Assembly (NCBI GenBank): GCA_003643835.1
Contig: QMKX01000002.1
Span: 24,193-88,192, forward strand
Source: Campylobacterota bacterium
GTDB lineage: Bacteria; Campylobacterota; Campylobacteria; Campylobacterales; Arcobacteraceae
Length of the DNA: 64,000 nucleotides
Direction of reading: 5' to 3'
Part shown: piece after piece, positions 59,559 through 64,000 of the stretch
How the letters are laid out: each line of letters opens with the position of its first letter
Numbering within the stretch: the stretch's first letter is position 1
Notes under the pieces: model-generated
What the model was told of the DNA's origin: nothing
Databases searched by the model: none
Seen by the model: the letters and a program-made list of their open reading frames with translations, nothing else
Program-made: the position numbers and the translations under genes

Positions 59559-59597
59559 TTTAAGCTTAATACGATACGATAAGCAAAAAGGAATAAT

Positions 59598-60896
59598 ATG
59601 AAGTTTTTTAGCTTGTTGATGTTGCCTATGTTTGTGTTTGGCGAAGATGTTTTAAACACTGGGGATACAGCTTGGATGATGATATCAACTGCTTTGGTGT
59701 TACTTATGACTCCTGCTGGCTTGGCTATGTTTTATGGAGGTATGACGCGATCTAAAAATGTCTTAAATACATATGCTATGGTTGTAGGAGCTTTTGTCGT
59801 AGGGTTTTTGGTATGGATAGTAGCTGGCTACTCTATAGCTTTTGGAGTCAATGAAAACTCTATATTGCAAAATGTATTTGGTGGGTTTAATCATCTGTTT
59901 TTAGATGGTATCAAATGGACCGATATCAGTGGTTCGTATCCTACATATGTATTTATAACTTTTCAAGGAACATTTGCTGCTATCGCTATAGCTATAGCAT
60001 CTGGTTCTGTGATAGGTCGTATGAAGTTTTCTACTTGGATAACTATAGTAGCTTTGTGGGGAGTGATAGTATATGCTCCTATAGCACATATGGTATGGGG
60101 CGGAACTGGGGCATATTTGTTTGATGCGGGGGCACTTGATTTTGCAGGTGGCACAGTAGTGCATATGAACGGGGGTTTAGCCGGCCTTGTGTTAGCTATA
60201 CTCGTAGGTAAAAGAGCAGGATATCCACATATCGCTATGAAACCATTTAGCATACTATTTACAGCTTTTGGTGCTGCTTTGTTGTGGTTTGGTTGGTATG
60301 GATTTAACGGTGGTTCTGCTTTTGGAGCAAACGCCATAGCTGGTTTGGCTGTATTGACTACTACTATAGCTACGAGCGCTGGAGCTATCACTTGGATGCT
60401 TTTGGAATGGGTCATATACAAACGACCCACACTTTTGGGTATAGCCTCTGGTATCATAGCAGGACTTGTGGCTATCACACCTGCTGCTGGTTTTGTAAGT
60501 ATTGGTGGGTCATTTGTGCTAGGTATTGTGGGTTCAGTTGTGGCATTTTATGGTGTCGTGTATATGAAGAAAAAGTTACGATACGACGACTCACTCGATG
60601 CCTTTGGCATACACTTCTTGGCAGGTCTTTGGGGGGCACTGGCTACTGCATTTTTGGCTATTGATGACAAAGAGTTGCTATGGGATGGACCACTCAAAGC
60701 AAGTGGCGATAGGCTGGGACAATTTTTTGTGCAAGTAGAGTCTGTAGTCATAGTAGGATTATGGACACTTGTAGGCACTGTGGTTGTGTATTATATAGCA
60801 TCGTTTGTGACAACGGGAGCAAGAGTAGATGACGAAACAGAAGATATAGGCTTGGACAAAGCAATCCACGCAGAAAAAGTATTAAACCAAGGATAA
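59598..60896 (+). CDS. amt: Ammonium transporter
   Basis: 11-TM protein with DFAGGTVVHMNGG and GFNGGSA motifs. Confidence 0.9.
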   Translation: MKFFSLLMLPMFVFGEDVLNTGDTAWMMISTALVLLMTPAGLAMFYGGMTRSKNVLNTYAMVVGAFVVGFLVWIVAGYSIAFGVNENSILQNVFGGFNHLFLDGIKWTDISGSYPTYVFITFQGTFAAIAIAIASGSVIGRMKFSTWITIVALWGVIVYAPIAHMVWGGTGAYLFDAGALDFAGGTVVHMNGGLAGLVLAILVGKRAGYPHIAMKPFSILFTAFGAALLWFGWYGFNGGSAFGANAIAGLAVLTTTIATSAGAITWMLLEWVIYKRPTLLGIASGIIAGLVAITPAAGFVSIGGSFVLGIVGSVVAFYGVVYMKKKLRYDDSLDAFGIHFLAGLWGALATAFLAIDDKELLWDGPLKASGDRLGQFFVQVESVVIVGLWTLVGTVVVYYIASFVTTGARVDDETEDIGLDKAIHAEKVLNQG

Positions 60897-60899
60897 CAT

Positions 60900-61241
60900 A
60901 TGAAAAAAATAGAAGCGATTATCAAACCACACAAACTCGAAAGTGTCAAAGATGCCCTAATCAAAGCAAATATAGAAGGTATGACAGTAAGCGAAGTCAA
61001 AGGATATGGCAGACAACAAGGGCAAAGTGAGTTATATAGAGGTGCTGAGTATAAAGTGGAGTTTGTCTCAAAGATAAAGATAGAGATAGTAGTAAGTAAC
61101 AACCAGTTTGCCCAAAAAGCGATAGATGCCATAAAAACACATGCCAAATCAGGCAAGATAGGCGATGGCAAGATATTTGTATATGATATCGCCAAAACTA
61201 TCAGGATACGAACAGACGAAGAGGACGAAGATGCGTTATAG
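60900..61241 (+). CDS. glnK: Nitrogen regulatory protein P-II (GlnK/GlnB)
   Basis: MKKIEAIIKPHKL...GYGRQQGQSELYRGAEY T-loop with Tyr51. Confidence 0.9.
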   Translation: MKKIEAIIKPHKLESVKDALIKANIEGMTVSEVKGYGRQQGQSELYRGAEYKVEFVSKIKIEIVVSNNQFAQKAIDAIKTHAKSGKIGDGKIFVYDIAKTIRIRTDEEDEDAL

Positions 61242-61482
61242 ATGTCTCAAGCAAGCGAGTTGATACTACTGGATGTCTCGTTAGTATTTTAACTCACACA
61301 ACCCCACAACTTGCTCTGGGACAAAGTTTCAGCATGCTGTATCCTTAAATAAATATATAGGTCACCTCTAAAAACCTCTATGCTCATAGCTTTATACGAC
61401 AAAAACTTAAATAATACAATATCAACCTTGCGTTCAATACTTTGTTGCCCATTTTGTTTGCTGGATATTTTTATTACATTTT

Positions 61483-62529
61483 TTATTTTTTGCTATTTGA
61501 GGTGTCCTTAAGTTTTTTATAAAACTTATCTAGTTTATTGATAGCTTGATTTACATATTTATCGATATCATACAAAGCCACATGAGTAGCACCTTCTATC
61601 AAAAAAAGCTCTTTTGGTTCGTTTGCTCTTTTTACAGCAGCTTTGCTCAATCCTAATGTTAGAGCTTTTGTTCCTGCTATAGCCAAATATGGTCTTGGTG
61701 AAAGAAGAGACAGTTGATTTGTGATCTCGAAACTTCTTCGTGTATCTCTACTCATGACGGCCATTTTGTTTTCGCCATAATTTGGACACAATCCCCTAGA
61801 GGTGCAATAATACTCATAAGCTTCTTTTCTTAGTTGGTTTGAATTTTTATCAACATTTGGCATTTGCTTGATATATTCAACCTTTCCAGTTTCAAAATAT
61901 TTTTGTCGTGCTTTTGTAGATTGTTTCATAATTTTTAACAAATTTGCTTTGTCTCCTGCCTTGCCATTTACTATTTGACTTCTGAGATCAAAAAGCCCAG
62001 ATACAGATGCATATGCCTTGACTCTTCCGTCATAAATGGCCGCAGCAGCACCAAAGCCACCACCATTGCAAACGCCTAACATAGCTATTTTATTTTTATT
62101 TACTATATTGAGCGAACCTATATAACTAGTCGCATTTTTCACATCTTCTATCTTCATATAAGGGTTTTCATAGTGTCTTGGTTCTCCGCCACTTTCTCCG
62201 TATGTCCTGTGGTCAATAACCAAAGTTACAAAACCTTTTTTTGATAATTTTTTAGCATATATGCCAGCTGTTTGTTCTTTGACCGCTCCTTTTGGACCAA
62301 CTACAACTATAGCTGTATATTTTCTACCTTTTTTGTAGTTTGAAGGCACATATAGATTGCCAACGACTTTTGTCCCTTCGCTATAAAACCAAACTTTATT
62401 TTTGCCAGCTTTAAATACAGTTGGGCTATCTGGTGCAACTCGCCCACCAAACTGACTTGATTGTTTTGCATATCCTTGAGATGCTATTGTCATCAATAAT
62501 ATCATTGAACTTAATAATACTTTTTTCAT
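61483..62529 (-). CDS. Secreted alpha/beta hydrolase, dienelactone-hydrolase-like with a Cys at the nucleophile elbow
   Basis: Signal peptide, and GVCNGGG in place of G-x-S-x-G. Confidence 0.65.
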   Translation of the reverse strand: MKKVLLSSMILLMTIASQGYAKQSSQFGGRVAPDSPTVFKAGKNKVWFYSEGTKVVGNLYVPSNYKKGRKYTAIVVVGPKGAVKEQTAGIYAKKLSKKGFVTLVIDHRTYGESGGEPRHYENPYMKIEDVKNATSYIGSLNIVNKNKIAMLGVCNGGGFGAAAAIYDGRVKAYASVSGLFDLRSQIVNGKAGDKANLLKIMKQSTKARQKYFETGKVEYIKQMPNVDKNSNQLRKEAYEYYCTSRGLCPNYGENKMAVMSRDTRRSFEITNQLSLLSPRPYLAIAGTKALTLGLSKAAVKRANEPKELFLIEGATHVALYDIDKYVNQAINKLDKFYKKLKDTSNSKK

Positions 62530-62658
62530 TTTAGACTCCTTTTGTCTGTTGCCATAACCTAAATTTTCAATATATTGGCAATACTATATAGAGGCACAAT
62601 AAACCACGCTTCCATTTTTTATAATGAAAGTGGATAAGTATACTATATTTAGAAAATA

Positions 62659-62685
62659 ATATCAACCGACTAAACAAATTAGAAC
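62659..62685 (+). repeat. 27-nt direct repeat, copy 1 (ATATCAACCGACTAAACAAATTAGAAC)
   Basis: 26/27 identical to 62776-62802. Lies in the intergenic region upstream of the hydrolase gene. Confidence 0.85.
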
Positions 62686-62775
62686 CAATTAAACACTCTG
62701 ATAAAACAATAAGCTTATAGATTGGGCGGTTCTTAAGGAAAGTTTTTATTATGAGAAAATCTCCGGGCTACTTTT

Positions 62776-62802
62776 ATATCGACCGACTAAACAAATTAGA
62801 AC
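62776..62802 (+). repeat. 27-nt direct repeat, copy 2 (ATATCGACCGACTAAACAAATTAGAAC)
   Basis: Located 8 nt beyond the stop of the AraC-family gene and 117 nt from copy 1. Confidence 0.85.
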
Positions 62803-62809
62803 TAAATTT

Positions 62810-63898
62810 TTATTTTTTATACTTACTTGGTGTAGTGTTTGTGTGTTTTTTAAATGCTGTATTGAATACAGATTTAGAATTAAACCCAACCTCAAAAGCG
62901 ATTTGCAAGATTGTTAGAGTTTGTGTAGCTGGATTGGTCAATTTGATTTTTGCTTCTTCTATTCTATGGCTATTTATCAAATCATAAAAATTTTGCTTTA
63001 GCTGTGTGTTTATCGTTTGGGACAACTCTTGCTTTGATAATTCAAGCTCATCTGCCAAGTCCTGAAGTGTCAAGTTGCTATCAAGATATGACTTTGTCTT
63101 TTTTAAGTATTTTAGCAACCTGTGTTTGTTTTTTTCTAAATCCAAATCACACAATTTGGAATTTTTATATTTTTTATTGATAATATTTGATACCTTGAAA
63201 ATATTTGATTGTATCAAAGCATAATAAGTCATAAAATAAATAATACCAGAAAGTGCCACAGGAGGCAGGATAAAATGACCTACATATTCAATTCCAAGAA
63301 AAAATCTTATGATAGCAAGAGTCCATACAAATGCAAATAAAATCAATAAATTTTTAAGCCAATTAAGTTTTTTGGTTTTGATATCAGAAAAATTATTTTT
63401 TATATATCGCTTGTGTTTTATTAGAAGCCTATATGACAATGATACATATATTATCAATAAAATCGTTTGAAACACTATCGCAATAGTATAATGCAGTGGA
63501 ATCGATGGCGATAAGTGTAAAATTTTTTCAAAACTACTTGAGTTAAAAAATGGCAACAGAAACAATGTATATACTACAAATGGCACAATATGAATGATCT
63601 CTTTTTGTTTAAACTCAAACAATGGGTTAGTCATACTTTTGACATAAAAATAAAACAAAGGCCAAATCAAAAATGCTATTGGCTTATAAGTTTGCAAAAA
63701 ATACGGATAGTCTAAAACAAAATCAGTTCTATGTAAAAATTTTATCAGGATATAAATAGTAAATAAAACAATAATAGCACTTAATATATAGTTTGATTTC
63801 TCATTGTTTGTTGTATTTTTAAAAAGCATAATAGTAAGTAGAGTGCTATTTGCAACACCTACAAATAGGATATTTAGATATATTGAATTTTCAATCAT
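62810..63898 (-). CDS. Membrane-anchored AraC-family transcriptional regulator
   Basis: ~220 aa with 6-7 TM helices. The C-terminal AraC HTH pair reads LTLQDLADELELSKQELSQ...ILQIAFEVGFNSKSVFNTAFKK. Confidence 0.8.
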   Translation of the reverse strand: MIENSIYLNILFVGVANSTLLTIMLFKNTTNNEKSNYILSAIIVLFTIYILIKFLHRTDFVLDYPYFLQTYKPIAFLIWPLFYFYVKSMTNPLFEFKQKEIIHIVPFVVYTLFLLPFFNSSSFEKILHLSPSIPLHYTIAIVFQTILLIIYVSLSYRLLIKHKRYIKNNFSDIKTKKLNWLKNLLILFAFVWTLAIIRFFLGIEYVGHFILPPVALSGIIYFMTYYALIQSNIFKVSNIINKKYKNSKLCDLDLEKNKHRLLKYLKKTKSYLDSNLTLQDLADELELSKQELSQTINTQLKQNFYDLINSHRIEEAKIKLTNPATQTLTILQIAFEVGFNSKSVFNTAFKKHTNTTPSKYKK

Positions 63899-64000
63899 TT
63901 GTTTTATACCAACAAGAGTTTATTTTTTAAGACAAAGCTCATTGGCAAACTCCTCTATTTTTTAATATCATTTTCGCTTTGAAATCAGCGGTATGTGTCT

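Noticed and set aside
61250-61295. Direct repeat (A/G)GATGTCTC x2, and a 10-nt match ACGAGACATC to 25129-25138 and partly to 45646-45656
   Set aside because: Matches of 9-10 nt are expected many times by chance in 64 kb. Noted only as context for the 25031-25169 finding.
1-64000. Search by eye for tRNA, rRNA, tmRNA, CRISPR arrays, transposase/integrase genes and prophage structural genes
   Set aside because: Nothing recognisable found. The three defence insertions have no associated recombinase in this window, so no mobile_element feature is reported.

Overview
AT-rich chromosomal segment. Gene content and order look Campylobacterota-like (inference): tatB-tatC-queA, short murB, thyX, Hcp-like Sel1 protein, TGnTATAAT promoters. 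All calls come from reading the ORF translations and DNA by eye; no database search was run. Housekeeping genes: malic enzyme (partial), pqiAB-like, murF, murB, ispB-like, mreB, an M23-bactofilin-M23 cell-shape cluster, proS, rlmN, thyX, hemL, argC, cysS, queA, tatCB, trpA, htpG, amt-glnK. One metabolic operon is present, the methylcitrate cycle set prpE-prpB-prpC-acnD-prpF-acuI. Three restriction/defence insertions interrupt the housekeeping genes. (1) 5.8-11.9 kb: a type I R-M operon, hsdM (frameshifted at an A6 tract), a RhuM-N/PLD-like fusion, hsdS, and hsdR carrying a Cys-rich triple repeat. (2) 27.4-31.6 kb: a single-polypeptide type IIG/ISP-C-like nuclease-methyltransferase plus a membrane SH3b protein, next to a frameshifted dedA. 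(3) 45.7-50.1 kb: a dead type III R-M operon. Its mod is reduced to N- and C-terminal stubs and res to two short start stubs. It still holds an intact stand-alone Abi/UG-type reverse transcriptase, a small ORF coupled to a KilA-N gene, a DUF2130 fragment and a rhuM pseudogene. The reverse transcriptase locus is the best candidate for an undescribed system. No rRNA, tRNA, CRISPR array, transposase or integrase was recognised.
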